From: Podarcis erhardii
Taxonomy: Eukaryota
Assembly (NCBI GenBank): GCA_964252035.1
Contig: OZ176202.1
DNA: 64,000 nt
Direction: 5' to 3' (one strand)
Shown here: positions 24,378 through 39,094 of the stretch, piece by piece
Position numbering within the stretch: position 1 is the first letter of the stretch
Layout of the letters: each line of letters opens with the position of its first letter
The notes under the pieces: model-generated
Database searches by the model: none
What the model was told of the DNA's origin: nothing
What the model saw: only the letters and a program-made list of their open reading frames with translations
Made by a program: the position numbers and the translations under genes

Positions 24378-25614
24378 TGTTGTGAACTGGTTGGACATGA
24401 GGGAGGAGGAAGAGGATCCCAGTGAGTGGTCTAGCCAGAACTGGGACACACCAGGGCAAGCTGGGGATGGGGAAGGAGAGGTTGGTGTAGGATGTACTCA
24501 TGGGATGATGGAGGATCACAAGGGGTGGGGGTCAGCGCACAGGAAACAGAGCAGCAGGACCCATCTCCAGAGCCAGAGGAGGCCATCTCCACAAACATGG
24601 TGGGCTCTGAGATGTAGGGATCAGTGGGATGGCTAGTCTGGGAGGCTGAGGCAGGCAAGGGCCCACAGTCCACCTCACTAGCTGGCCAGGTGGGGCTCAT
24701 TAGCTCTGGGAGGAGGTGTGTGATTCCTCAGCTGCAGTAGGCGCAGAACAGATGAGGGTCACATGCCTCGTCAAGCCCAGATGCTACAGTATAAATGGGC
24801 TACAACAAAGGAAATCCGCTGTGTTGCAAAACAGACAACTCTGACCAATCACAGGCAACACACGGCTAACAATGTTCTAACAAAATATTTGTAACATATA
24901 TTATTTCACAATTCTAAGTATTGTGAAATAATACATGTTACAAATATTTTGTTAGAACATTATTAGCTGCGTGTTGCATGTGATTGTTCACATTATAAAA
25001 GGGCAGCAGAGCTGAGGTGCTGTGTCTGCTCAGCTGCCCATGTTGATGGACCTCACCTTGGGTGCTCCAGGATCTCTGCAGCACTGTCCTTCAGTTTGGA
25101 CTTTGGACACGTGGATTGATCCTCAACTGGGGACTTGACATACTGACGACACTAGGTAGGTCAGGGATTCGGGACAAAGTACCTGTACTTTTGGGGGAGG
25201 GAGGGGAAAAGAGGGGGAGGAAAGATTGCACTGTGAAATTGCGTGAGCATGATGAGAAAAGTGGGGTGACCCAGTTTTTCCAGGACACTTGTGGGGTAAG
25301 ACATATGCAATAGTCAGTTAGTCACTCCCTGGTTATGCTGCTATTCAGCTTTATGCTGATGGCCTTAATGCCTCAGATAAGCAGTATGATGGTGGGGCGG
25401 TGGAGGCATTATTGCACCTTCTGGCCCTGCTCTGAGCCTATTGTGCTAGGATTGTGCTTGCTAGTTTTCCACAGGCCTGGGAGGGCAGGACCCTGACTGA
25501 CTCCAGCTACAAAAGCTGAGGCTGCTGAACAGATTCTAGGGCTGGGATGTCGTTAGGGTTTTTTTGTTGTTGTTGCGGCAGGGAGGTTGCTATCGTTGCT
25601 GTTGGTTTTCTGCA
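24378..25614. mobile_element. LTR-like element (possible solo LTR); boundaries uncertain
   Basis: Starts TG. Purine-rich GC segment, CCAAT and TATA boxes (tataaatggg 24790, tataaaaggg 24994), then cagtttggactttgg..ctggggacttgac. No TSD found. Confidence 0.4.
24847..24985. repeat. Inverted repeat: 66-bp arms (61/66 identical), 7-nt loop
   Basis: Left arm 24847-24912, loop tctaagt 24913-24919, right arm 24920-24985, checked base by base. Confidence 0.95.
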
Positions 25615-28547
25615 TCTTTATTTTAGCTCTTGTGATTTGTATGGCAGTTGCTCAGTTTGTTCACATATTTTCAACATTCTATTGTTTATGACTATGATTT
25701 TTCCCATGCAGTAAGCCACATTGAGCACGGTTTGAACTGTGGAAAGGTGGCTTACAAATAAAATTATGTATGTGTGGTTGGCCTCTGTGAAAATTGGATG
25801 CTGGACTAGATAGGTCATTTGCTCTTTTTATGTTCTTAACATCCACAGAATGGTGTCTTCTATAGAAACTGTGTTTCTTTGTGTAAGCTGCATATTTGGG
25901 ATGGGGAACCAAATGCAGCTCCCCACTGACCGCTCTGTCTGGCCCATTCCTAATGTATATAGTAAGTCACCTCCAAAGAATCTGGAATACTCAAGATTTT
26001 TAAGGTACAGATGACCATGCATGCAGCTTTAATGTGTACAGGGGGTCTATGTGTTGCACCTAGGTGCAGAGCTGAAAGGCCAAACTTGCTTCCTGTTGTA
26101 TGTTGACTTCCCCTGGCACTCAGGCTCTCTGCACAGGTCTACCATGACTCACAGCTGATCGCTAAAAGGCATTGCTTTTCAGATGGCTGCACTGCTTGTG
26201 TCTGGGAGATTATTTAAGGCAGGCCTCTGCAATTTAAGGTAAGGGTAACAAATATGGTTAGACTACAACTCTCATAAATTCTGACCACTGGCCATGCTGG
26301 CTTTGGCTGATGGGAGTTGTAGGCCAACATCTGAAAGGTACCACATTTGCTATCCATGACTTCAGTAGTAGTTCTAAATATATATTTTGTCACTGTGTGT
26401 CTGCGACTATCAGGCTCCTGCCCAAGTGCCAACTCTTCATGGGCAACTTCAAGGCCTCTGCTGCTCTCCCTTCTTATGGGTCTTCATCTTTAAACTGGAC
26501 CTTAGGACATCTTCAAAGGCAGCTCTTAAAAGAAAGCTACCCTACTTGGTTACTTCATACTGCTGTTAACTAGTTATGACTGTGCATATGTGAAGTTCCT
26601 AGATTCTTCAGTCCAAAGATACATAATTTCCACTTATTTATGGATGAACATCAGGATTGTTGTGGCTGTTTTGTTTACTGTTGCAGGGGGTTAAAAAACA
26701 TCCCTTTAATTTCTGACACTAGAGTCCTCAACAGAATTAGTTAGCAGTGTTTCCCTATTATTTCAGTAAGGTTTATTGGCAAGTAAATAGTTTTGTTCAG
26801 GATTGATTCACACTTTTTTGCCTGTAACCTATGCTGATATTTTTGCTGCACAGAGTATGTAAGTAATTTATAGTGCAATCCTATACATGTCTACTCAGAG
26901 GTATATCTTACTGTTTTCAGTGGAGCTTAGTCTCCCAGCTCAGTATGTATAGGATTGCAGGCAGTGTAATCTGGTACTGAAACAGTCCCACTCATCACAG
27001 AATTGTGATATATACTAGGGAGATCACATGTCTTTTAACAAGGTGTTAAAATACTTTGAGGATACAGTATATCTCACCACAGATGTACAGAAAACGTTAT
27101 GACTGAGAATGGCACAGCAATCCATGATGTAATGAGTTGTCTCAGAACATGCATGACAAGGCCTTTTAAAAAGCACAATCTGACAGACTTGTCACTTTTG
27201 GAGCATTTGGTGTTGGTGTGGGTCAGTGGAACTGCCAAATTAGATACGTTGTGTGGGAGCTGTCCTCAGACGTGTGGTGATATGAAGGCTAACATATTTT
27301 TAGCCTTTTGTGGGAGCTTGTATATGTGTGGGGGGGCGAGGGAAAGGACCAGATTATAAATGTTTAGTATACCAGGGTTGGCTAACATGGAGTCCTCCAC
27401 GTATTCCAACTACAATTCCCAACATCCTTGGCTATTGCCTACAAGAGGCTGGGAGTGATGAAAGTTGTAGTGCACATGAATTAATCTGTAGCCTTTTAAT
27501 ACTCCCTCTAGGAACCATAAACTGAGCAGGCATTTCAGAAAATAATGACAATCTCATACAGTCAGGAAAGAATATATTCACCCTGATGATGTATGTGAAG
27601 GACAGAGTATACATCTTAGTAGCAACTGCACAGATAAAGAACAACAACAGTCTTGCTGTTACTATCCAAAGCACCCTTTTATTTGAACTATCTGGTTTTA
27701 CATTTCACATTATCATAATTCCTCAGTATCTTTTCTATCTGAACAAGTTGTTTTCATTACTTACATGACATTGACTATACAGGAAAACAGGAACTTAACA
27801 TGCCATTCCCTCTTGTGATTATAAGTCAGGGTCATTTTGCATATACAGGTGTGGCCAAGCTTACATTCAGGTTAAAAAAATGCTTTGCTCCTTCATTCAC
27901 AGAGATTAGATGAGAGAGACAGATAAAAGCTTCACGATGCCTTGAAACTCCTAGATTGTGCAGGAACTGAAGCTTTAGCACCATGGTGATAATCTAATGA
28001 TGCAAAGAACTTGGACACCCTTCAATTGTATCAGAACAATAGGTGCTGTCAGCCCAACATAGGTAGTTCTTAACAAATGACAAACTGGGGCTGCACATAA
28101 CTCTCGTTCCTTCCCGTGTTCTCTCTTGCTGTTGAGCATTACGTCTCATTATTCAGTCAATGTTTTATATATGGGGAAGTTAACAAATAAGGACCTGTGC
28201 AACAGGAAAGCTCTGTTTTGCCCTGCATTGGCAAAACTATTGCCTGTGATTAGATCTTAAGCACCTGTTTGCTCAATATGACTTTCACTGTTAAGAAATG
28301 AACAAAAAATGTTAAGGATGCAAACTGTCAGAAGTAATCTCCCAGGGCAGCGACCACCTTTTGTTCTGTGACGTGTCACAAGGATTGGTGGTGTCGCAAC
28401 ATATGAACACACTGGAGTGGTTGGATGCAAAAGTGAGCAAGGCTCCTGTGCCTTTGAAAGTTGGGGGTGGAAGGACAAGCATGACAAACTACATTTGCTG
28501 CAATGAACTCTTCCATACAGATCTTAAGGAAGCAGGAGCCCTGCCCC

Positions 28548-28665
28548 TCCAGATTTTGCTGACTTGCAACTCCCAGCATCCCTGGCCATCAGCTACACTT
28601 GCTGGGGATGCTGGTAGTTATGGGCCAGCAACATCTGGAGGGTCAAAGTTTCCCCACTCCTGGTG
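28548..28665. mobile_element. Representative copy of an abundant short foldback (hAT-type) lizard MITE
   Basis: ccctccagattttgctgacttgcaactcccagcatccc..tggggatgctggtagttatgggccagcaacatctggaggg. Related copies near 7065-7190, 23862-24000, 26250-26345, 35035-35150, 39635-39752 and 49790-49910. Confidence 0.65.
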
Positions 28666-31325
28666 TACGGGTTTGCAGTCTGAGGAAGCTGCCTCATACT
28701 TGGTCAATGTGCTTGTCCATACCCTGAAAGACTGCAACTTGCTGACACCAACTCACACCCCAGAGCTGCAACGTTTGGTAAGGTCTTGGACCAGCATGTC
28801 TTGCTCTGTTTCATAAGTTGCCATCATGGTGCCCACAGGTGCACGTGGCTCAGCCAAAGCCTTCCCTGACGCCCATAGGATCCACTTCCCTAGCTGAAAT
28901 TAAGTTTGAGAGAAGCATAGCCAATAAAACAGATTGTGGTGGGTGGGTGGGTGTCCACAACAGTTTCTCTGCTTTGTTATAAACTGTTGCACTTACTATA
29001 ACAACTTCATGGTGAGTACCAGCATCTATTTTTCTAGGAGAAGAAGAAAAAAGCACTGCCCGCAGGTCCCAAAGGTTGGTGACCCCTTCCCCAGTTCCTT
29101 GCTAGAGAGAAACTGGAGGACGGAGGAACAAACAAAACCGGGGAAATGTTTATTACTGCTTTAATGATTCATGCAAGGGAGTGGGTTATACAACTTGTGA
29201 GGCAAGTGTTTTTCCTGACTTAACTCCATCCCATCCCATAGACAAACACTCTCATTTCGTGATGACTACGGAGGTGGGGCTGCCTTTCTTTCTTCATTCC
29301 AGTACCTCCAACATGTACCTCTTATCTCTGGATCATAATTATATCTTCATTTAAGAGTACTATAAAGCCTAGGGGGGAAGAGAGCCTTTCCCCTTTCCAA
29401 GAGAACAAAGACTCCAAGGCTTTCAGCTGTTCTGGCCATGCTCCACCTCAGTGTTAGAGCAAAGAGGGCCCAGCTATTAAAGGGAAAGACAATAGTTGCC
29501 GTGAGAAAGAGAGAGAAACAGATCCAAAACAAAAAAACCCCTAAAAGGCAAAAGTTTCTTGACTTAAGCTAACCTGAGCGTAATTAGAGGCTGGTGTTTC
29601 CAGGGTCACCTAATGTTACCATCAAAATCCTGACTTGCAACATTTCTCTTCCTTTCTGGAATTTGTTTCAAACTAGAGTCACTGTGCCCACTTAGGTACC
29701 TGGGGCAGAGTCTCCCACAAGTTACATGTGAATGTTTACATGTGCGTAGATCCATCTGAACAGCAGTTGCTGGGAATTACAAGTGGAGAGCTGTGCCCAA
29801 GTCCTGCTTCTGAGCTTCCCATGAACTTCTGGTTAGTTGTGAGAACAGTGTACAGTACTGGCCTAGGTGGGCAGGCCTCTTATGCTCTTGAGGATAAAGG
29901 TCCCCAGCCTGCCATGTCAAGCCGCATCTGAGCATACCATTGCTTAGTAATTCATGGCCTGTTCTTTTGAAAACATACAGCCAAGTAAAGAAGTGTGGAA
30001 ATGCTGGCGCAGAGGCAGTTGATGCTTAGCCGAGGTTGGTTGCCTGATGTTGGAAGATAAAGTCCAGCACTGCAGAACATGCTTCCTAGTATTTATTTAT
30101 TTTTTAAATTTTAGGCTGCTGATGAAACAAGCATCTCTTCTACACATAGGGACCAGATTCCATCCTTTTATGAACTTCCTCAGTTTCTTTAGCACTTCCT
30201 TTCCTGAAAGTGCATGTCCTCCAAAGTTTCCAGCATAAGGTCATGATTATAGAATGCTCTTCTGCTCTTATTCACAGCCCTGCACCTATGTTGCTGCCCA
30301 TAGCTCTGGAGAGAGTGTCAGAGAAAAAGGGCTAGATTTACTAGCATTGCCACCAGTGGCTACTACTAGCTCAACAGCAGCTGCAGTGTTTGCTCTGACT
30401 GAGATAGCTTTGTCCATCTTTGTAAAACTAGGATTTTGTTTTCAGTTATGGCAGGAATTGCTTCACAGAATAGCCGTGGTAGGCTTTTTGGTTTTTTGTT
30501 TTGGTTTATCATCATTTTATTAATTTTATATGGTACTACGTAGTAGAATCAAAGCATGGCACTTTACAAAGTAATATAGCTTAAATAGCAACCAGAGGAA
30601 GCGCTTTTTCAGTGTCGGCACCCTCTTTATGGAATGCCCGGCCCACAGTGGCTTGCCTGCTGCCCTTTTGATCTACTCTTTTTGTGGGTGTCAAAAAGGA
30701 AGGGGCGGGGGTTTCTGATGAATATTTTCCAAACAGTTAGCAGAAGCATGAAAACAAAAATCCCCAATTACCTTCTGAAAAATCTCAGCTGAAAGGTCCT
30801 AGATTGTTTGAACATACTGGTGAATGGAACAAGCAATGGGTAAAGAGAGGGAGAAGGAGGAGGAGGAGCCAACCCCCTTGACCTCTTCAAAAATATCACA
30901 TTGGATTGGAGCCATATGTGCACGCAAAATTATCTACCCTTTTGTGAAATAGCAGGTTGGAAAGTCTGCTGGATATTATCCACCCTCCTCCCCTCCAACA
31001 ATTTTGAAACAGACTGAAGAAGACAATTCTCACATTTCAGCTCAGGTGTAATACAATTGGGACTACACAGAGCAACCTCAGAATAAGGGCTTAGCTAGCC
31101 ATACTTAGCTTTAAAGCCTGTTCTTTGCAGGGAGAGGGCCATGCTCTTATGTTCAGTGTCAAGAGTATGGGGGGAGGGTGTTTTTTTGTCCCAAGATTTC
31201 CCAGTGGAAACCCACACTTTAAAGTTAAATTGGTGCAAACACTAACTCAGGTTGTCCGCAGATTGATGTGTGCTCCGATTGAGCTTTAAAGTCTGGGTTT
31301 TCATGGGGAAAGCTCTGGAGCAAAC

Positions 31326-31355
31326 TAATAAATAAATAAATAAATAAATAAATAA
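31326..31355. repeat. (TAAA)n microsatellite
   Basis: Direct reading: taataaataaataaataaataaataaataa. Confidence 0.9.
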
Positions 31356-34300
31356 GCAAGCTGCTTGAACATGGCTCTTTAAATTGCATACCATGCCTGG
31401 AAAGAGCGGAGGAAAGGTTAAGTGTGGATAAGCCCTGAGTCAGATTCTACACAAGTACAAGCTGCAGGAAATCAGAAGACCACTGTGATGATTGGTATGC
31501 CTTTGGGCTATAGGAGCCTAAACCCTGATGCACGCTGAGGTTTCGTCATGCACTCATGTGCACAGGAGGGACTGAACAGAGAGGAACCAGCAGCTTGTGT
31601 ATAGACTGGCCCAGAAACTGAGCCGCCACCAGTTAAATCCTGCAGATGACGAGGGATGCCTTCAGCATGTACTTGCTAACGAGAGAGGATTGGGAGTGAC
31701 TCTTCTAGTGCCCATGGCACACTCTTGATCCATTTGTTCTTCATTGTGTGTACTTTTCAAATGTCACTTTCTCATTATGTCATATTACTAAACCATAATG
31801 AGGATTAACCCCCTGTTTCCCTTCCCCGTCTTTCATAAGCCTATTAAAGGCTTATGCACATTGCTATAACTCAGCCATAGAAAGCATTTTTAGAGGCTGA
31901 TGTCATTCACAATCATCATAGGCACAATTGTGTGTTGTGACAAGACAGGTTAGAGTAACTCCTTACACACATACAACAATAAGACCCAATACAAAATTAA
32001 AGTTTCTTTCTTTGTTGCTATTAAAATTCTCTAGACGGCACACAGAGCAGTTTGTATGAATGGCTGAAAGTCTTCCAGTTAAATAAATGCATGACAACCA
32101 ATATAATGCCCTTGTACTTATGGGATCTAATGAACCTTGCCACCTCTATGAAGATAAATATTTAAACATGGGTAGTAAGTGTTTATTGTTATTATTATTG
32201 CACCTTTCTTTTCTGCTACCGTTTCATTGGTTGTGACTCATGCTACCTCTGCAAATCCCTAAGCAGATAGATACAAATGGGGAGCATTGAGAAATCAAAA
32301 CAAAATGTTTGGACATTTACAAAACTTACTCGCCCTACCTCCATGCCTTGTTTTGCTCCTCCTGTTCTATATTTATGGCATATTTTAAAGAGATTTGATT
32401 ATCAAAGCCTGAACTATGCTACTTCATGGGCTGCTCTGTTTTTAGGAATGGCTTTAGAATGGTATATTCTGCCTCTAGAGGTGAAGAACTACAAGGTAAG
32501 CTATGATGTATTTCAGCTCTAGTTTCCCATTGGCGAATCCAAAACACTGCAAACAAATATAGGGAAAACATTTCTTAAATTGTATACATAACCCACCCCC
32601 CTGCTGACATTGCAGAGTAATTCTGTGTGTGTATCTGAATACACCACGTGGCTCATTTTTGAGTGACAGAGGATTTTGAACACAATAGGCTTCCTATGTC
32701 AGCTGTGACATAAGCACAGCCATTTTGTTTAATGTTTTTCACAATGTTGCCGAATTAACTTCTTTTGTTTTGTGTTCAAACCCTCAAAAAATGCAGTTTC
32801 ATTTTCCTCATCCTGCTGAGCTGAAGGAATATTATTTGTCTGCATTTCTGGATGTTCAGATAAATAATGGAAACTCTTCATCTTCTTTACATAACATGAT
32901 GTGGTATAATAACATAACTTGAAGTTGAGGGTGACAAACACTGGGGCATTGTGCAATCCATACTGAAATGCACCTTGATAGAAGAATGCACTCTTCATCA
33001 GATAGGCTTTCTTTTTTTCTAGGGTCAGAAGGACAGAGGAGGCCCTGTCGATTCTGCAGGGCCAAGGGACTTCCTTTAGGCAACACCGTGAGGGAGGGAT
33101 AGATGAAGGCAGGGATAGGAAAAGTGTTGGCCCAAGTTGGGGGGCAGGTACCATTTGGGCACTGCTTCAGGCAGCAGAAAAGTGTCTTGGTAGCAGCCAT
33201 CTTGGAGAAGCAACTTGTTCAGTTAATTTTACAGTCTTGCCCTTGCCACTGACTGCCACATTTGGTCAGACATACCTGCCCTTTATGTGATTATTACAGA
33301 GTTTGAAATATCTATATCGTCGCAAGTCTGTCGCAAGTGAATTGGGTGTTTCAGTTTGCCAGACCTGTCATAATAAATTAATTACAGGATGTTGCAGAAA
33401 TGGCTGAGTTCCAGCAGCTTCTCTTGCACAGTTTAATATAGCCCCATTTCCCCATTTCATTGTATTTGTGGTTAGATAAATTCTCAGAAAATTTACAGCT
33501 GCTGCAGCTAGCTTTCTGCGCTTCCAACCTGTGTAACTATAGAAGTGTAACTAAAAATTGGTCTGCTTTTTTCATGCATTCATGTATTTCTTTACTGTTA
33601 AGATACATTGTTCCATTAAAAGAAGCATTTGCAAGCTAAAGAAAAGTATTGGCATCAAGGAAATGAAAAGGGAATTGGTCAGCCCCCGAGACAATGACAG
33701 TGAAAATGCTGCTTCAGTTGAATACACTGCCGTTGTTGGTATTTTAACTTTCCTCACTCAAGGGGGGTATTCACAGCACATAAATACAGCTAGACTAGGG
33801 AAGAAGGAAAATGACTCCTTTGAGGTACAAAGCTGCAACCAACTGAGTGCCACAGGCTATCACAATGAAGGCCTGGGCAAAGTGAGCAGTGGTGCTCACT
33901 GTCCTCTGTTGGTGGGACAGGTGGCTTGACCTGGCAGTCATGTTGGGAAGCAGTAGTGCCCTGAGGAGTACTGGGTGGCTGGGTGCCACCATTAAATTCC
34001 CCACAGTACCCTACACTCTTCTTCTTTCGGGTGCATTTGGGAAGTTAAAATGACAGCGAGGCTCCGCAATGAGGCTCCGCCCATAAAAAAATGAGAGTCT
34101 TTCTGGGTCAGACCAAAGGCCTATTGAGACTAGCATCTTGTTTTGCACATTCGCACCGGAAAGCAGAACAAGCAGGACACAAAGCCAGTAGCCTTTCCTC
34201 CTCTCGTTTCTCAGCAATTGCTATTTAGTGACATGCTGCCCCATGTCCTGGATGAAGCCTCATGACTAGTTGGCATTGATAGGCCAGAGTACCAGGCCAG

Positions 34301-37300
34301 ATTTTGCTTTAGAGGAGGCTCTAGTGAACGGTGAGCCTTGCCAGTTGGCTCTGAACACTAAAAACCTGCTCAGGCACTAGGCTAAATGGGTTCGCCTCCA
34401 TTCCCATTTACCCTAAGGCTGGAGCCTTTTAGCCAGGAGCAGTCATTTAGGGAGGGCAGTTCTACCCCCGCCTTATTTTAAGACCACCTGCATCATCTGT
34501 TACCAGCTAACTCTTACATCCCTGGTCAGCTGACTGGTGTTATGCAAAGAGCAACTATCAACATGCTAAACCAACACCTTTTTATTTAAAGAATAAAAAG
34601 AATATAAAAAGTAGCAAACCTGCACTGATAGCACAAACAGGTTGTTAGCAGGTATAAAATTAGAAAAGAACCTTAAGAAATAATCTGTTCTTTTTTTGTA
34701 GTTTGAGCTTGAAAATCTCCAAAAGACTGGCCTTTCAGCTAGGCCAGTATATCCAACCAAGATTTCCCAAAGGTATCTGGAGCCACAGATATTGCTCTCT
34801 TCACCTCCGCAGTGGCTCTGCTTTTAACTCCTAATCACAACCTTGGCCTACAAAAGGGATAGGGAACATGTGTTAGGAGTGAACTTTGGTAAACTCTTGT
34901 AATATGGTGCCCTGTGTTAGGCCAAAATCCCCTACCCCACTGGATCTTTTAGGTTATGGGTCTTCTCAATTTTGCATCCCCTCAGCTTAATACCCTGGGG
35001 GGGGGGGCTGCCTGCACCACTCTAAATCTGACGTTGCTGTGTCCCTCCAAATGTTGCTGGACTCAAACTCCCATCAGCCCCAATCAGTACAGGATGAGTT
35101 GTAGTCTTGGACAGGACAGTTATCTCAGAATAATATGGAGGTCTGTATTGCCTCAAATGCAACCCCCAGAGAGCAGTTAATAGGGATGTTGGCTGTTAGT
35201 AGATAATTAATTTATTTTATTCATATATCAAATTTCTTCCATTGGACTCCAGGCAGTGTAGTGTCTTAAAGTTGTGTTCCATCTCCATTCTGATCAGACC
35301 TGTGAAATGTACCACAAATGCAGTAAAATGAGTTATTAAAAATTTGAACAAATGGTGATAACATTATTTGCTCAGGTGTCATTTGATGTAGGCCATTTGA
35401 TCAAGTCCCTGCTTAGTGTGTTTTCTTCATACACTGGAAAAGTGTTCTTAGTAAGTTTTCTCCACTTAACTGCAGGTCCTTGAAATAACAACAGTAGCAG
35501 CTGAATGGCAGTCACAAAACTGAGTATTCCTGATCAATCTTTAGCAAACGGAGGAATGCCCAGTCCTATTAGCGTCTGACATTATCTTGTAATAACAATG
35601 CCAAAAGAGTGCCAAAAGAAGAACCCAGATACACAATATGTATGTTAAGAAATGCAGCATATTTACCTCAGAATAAGGGAAAGAGTTGAAAAGTAAATGG
35701 GTTACCTCAAGTAGAGGACAAGGTTAAAATTTCCCTTCCTTGTGAAAGAAAGTTATCCCACAAACTACCATGCTCTGGTTTCTTGTCACTTTTCTGCTTA
35801 TCCCTCAAAACAGAGTGAGCCCTCTTTCTTATATAGATGTTTCTCAGTCATACTTTCTGCATGTTACATAGTTCATTTCTAAATGTTTACTTTAATAGCT
35901 GAAACCCAAAGGAACTTTGAATTGATGTGGAACTTTTATAATTATCATTTTCAAATCATTGTAGATGAAAATGAACTAGAAATGAAAGGTTTTTTAACCA
36001 CCAGCTATTGTTTCCCTTCAGAGCTACCAAATGATATATTTTTTGACCAAAATACTTTAAGACACAGCACCCATCCATGTTTTGCCAATCTTTGTTCTAA
36101 CACACAAATTCTACTTTTTTGCCTGTACAATGTTGATTCTTTCATTTATTTTTTTAAATGATGAAAGTGTATTTATTATTAGAGGTAAGCTATTCTTTTA
36201 AAGAAACAGTTCCATAGAATACACATTAGGATTTCAGAATTATATCTGCTTACTTAAAAACCATCACCTACTGAACAGTTCCCCTTTTACAAAAAGAATT
36301 TGGTTACTTACTGCACTGCAAGTGTTTCATAAACGGCACCTGCTAATGTATGCTGCAGTTACTGCAGAGTTGTGGCTACTATTTCACATATAGTAGAAAA
36401 GGTTTCTTTAAATAATATTCTCCTATTTGTGTTTACAAAACAAGTGTTTTGTCCCCCTTCTTTATCCTCTTCCTGTCTTCGATTAAGTATTTCCTATTCA
36501 CCTTAGTAATTAGAGCAGAAGGATGCAGTGAATGCACTGCCTCATTATCAAGTTTGTATCCCTGGTCTCTGCAGAATGGCTACCATGCCGGCTATTTTTC
36601 ATAGCTGTCTGCTTTTTCTTGTGTTGGACCATTGTTAACCCTAAATGATCCTGACATTCAATTCTTTGGTAGACAATTGGGTCCAGCCGGCAGACTTAGT
36701 TCGCTAGTCAACGGAGACTCTCAATTGTCATGTTCCTCTGTGTTCTCATTAGCCCTTGTTTGATTGTGATCCCCTTTTGCCTTTTGAATTAAGTGATGCT
36801 ACAAGTACACTGCTCTGATTCGTAATGTCTGTTTCTTAAAAGACTTTAAGGCAAAACCCAAATGCAACATGATGGTTGTGGGAGCTGGCAAGGGCAACTT
36901 GTGTCATCTTCTTCTTTTCCTTTTAATGGTTTGTCAGCATGCTGTTCACTGTGCCTTTGCTAAACTATTTATATATGTTAAACTAGGAGCAAACAGACTT
37001 TAAAAGCTATTTTGATTTTCCAAAAAAGATGGGCTATAACTTAATAAAAGTAAAGGAAAACAGAAAATGACAGATCATGCCCAGCCTCTAAACCCCCTAA
37101 ATGCACAAAAGCTTGTAGCAGGTTCTTCCAGAGCTCCACTGTTTCAATAGAATTCATGTTTTAAACTTCCTGATGTTGTGCCCATATAGCTTATCCTTCT
37201 TCGCTTCAGAATTAATTTTTGTAATTAACTTGAGTTATATGGAGACTTTTTAGGAAACCCTCTCCAGCCAGGAAAGTTTTGCCCAATAAATCATGCAATG

Positions 37301-39094
37301 CCAAATTATTATTTTTTTCAATTAACTTTGAAACTTCACTAAAACAACAACACAAAGGCATTTGCTTTGGAACACATTTTTCTTTAAACAGAACCATTTT
37401 ATAAAAGTATCCAAATAAGCTTCCAAGAAATAGAGCAATTTTTTAATATGTGATCCAGATGGGATATGAGGTGGCAGCCAGAAATGTGTCTTCCACATAC
37501 CGGTTTGTGGATGTTCCTATTAAAGGGTGGAGGGAGGAGGATTTTGAGTGGCAGCTAAGAAATTGTGCAGAACTGAAGTGGTACCTATTAAGATGATGCC
37601 GAGTTTGAGAAAATACAGTGACCCAGTTCTTAAGAATTTAGCATGTACGTGTGCATGTGTGCGGTTGCTCAACATGTTGCAGGATGCAGATCAAGACCAC
37701 ATTCAGACAGGCATTTGTACTTCAAGCTTCAACAGGTGAGGGGAGAAGCAAAGCTGGGACCAAAAAGATTCTCAGATTCAGTTCCAATATCAATCTGCTC
37801 AATTGATTCCACCCTCACCACATACACACTCCCTGTTGACAGACGGATCGTTTGAGAAACCCATTCCACCAATGAACACTTTTAAAACCCATAAATGAAC
37901 ATTTCTCCGCATCCCTGGACAAAAGACACCTCTACTACATATAATTTTTATTGGGAAAAATCCTCTCTGAAAAGGTAACAGAAGATTTTGTATGGTTTGT
38001 TGTTTAGAATTCTGCAAAGAGAAGAATGATGCGAAATAGTTTTGTGATGTGCTGATACTTATTAATATTTAGGGAGACGAGATATTAATGCTAGGCATTG
38101 GAAAATCACTTGTGCACCATTTTGTTGAATACATATCTGTGTACTTTGTGTAACAAAGAAAGGCGGATAGCTATTAATTCTGCATCTAAGAATGCAAAGC
38201 AGTAGAAAACTTTAACTCCCATGTGTGGAAAGGAAGGTGAATGCAAATAAAACCTATGCTTTTGTTTGTAATGACAATAGCAACAACACTGTTTTAAAGA
38301 GAATGTTTTCAGCTCCATAAATCTTCATGTTGGGCCTTTTATCTGATTTCTCTCCTTAATTGTTATTTGGAACAGTGCCTTAGAAGAGACTGCTGCTGCA
38401 TCTCCACTCTCAATTTGGAAAGTGTGGCAAAGCAGCTCTATTCAGCTTCAGAGCAGTGAACATAATTGGAGTCCCAGTTTGCTAGCATGAAAGGAGGCGC
38501 TGTGCCTTTGATTACAGCCACATCAGTATGGTGTTTATGTGAAGTGTTATTTCTGTCTTCAGTGTCCACAATGTCAAATTAATAGTTAACAATGCCTTCC
38601 AAACGAGCATCCAGGTCTTGGCTACTGCTCAGCTCTCTCCGATACATAGCATGATGTCACGCTAGACTATTTACTTTCAAAACCTGAAGATGACGAGAGA
38701 TTTTGTGTAAAGGAAAAAAAGAAAGAAACAAAATGAGAACACCAGCAGCAGCAGCAGCTCTAGAATATTAAAAGAGCAGAGAGCTAGAATATTAAGCATG
38801 CAGAGGAGTCTGAAATGCAATGTTACGGTATCACAAGGGAACAAGCTCTTGTGACTTCAGTCCTCTAAACTTGACTTGAACAAATGATAGCCCCCAGTCC
38901 TTTACAAACATCTGGTATTCTAGGAAATACATTTTATATGCATTCAGTGGCATCTCAATTTCATGTATTAAACTACAGATTAACAGGATGGAACCAGTTA
39001 ACTAGATCCATTCCACTCTATATTCCAACCTGATTCTAAAACTGAAAAAACCCTGCTCACCCTAGTAGATGATCTATACTGGGGAGATACACAG

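Noticed and set aside
28361-28816. 151-aa ORF
   Set aside because: Runs through a foldback MITE. Composition and motifs are not protein-like.
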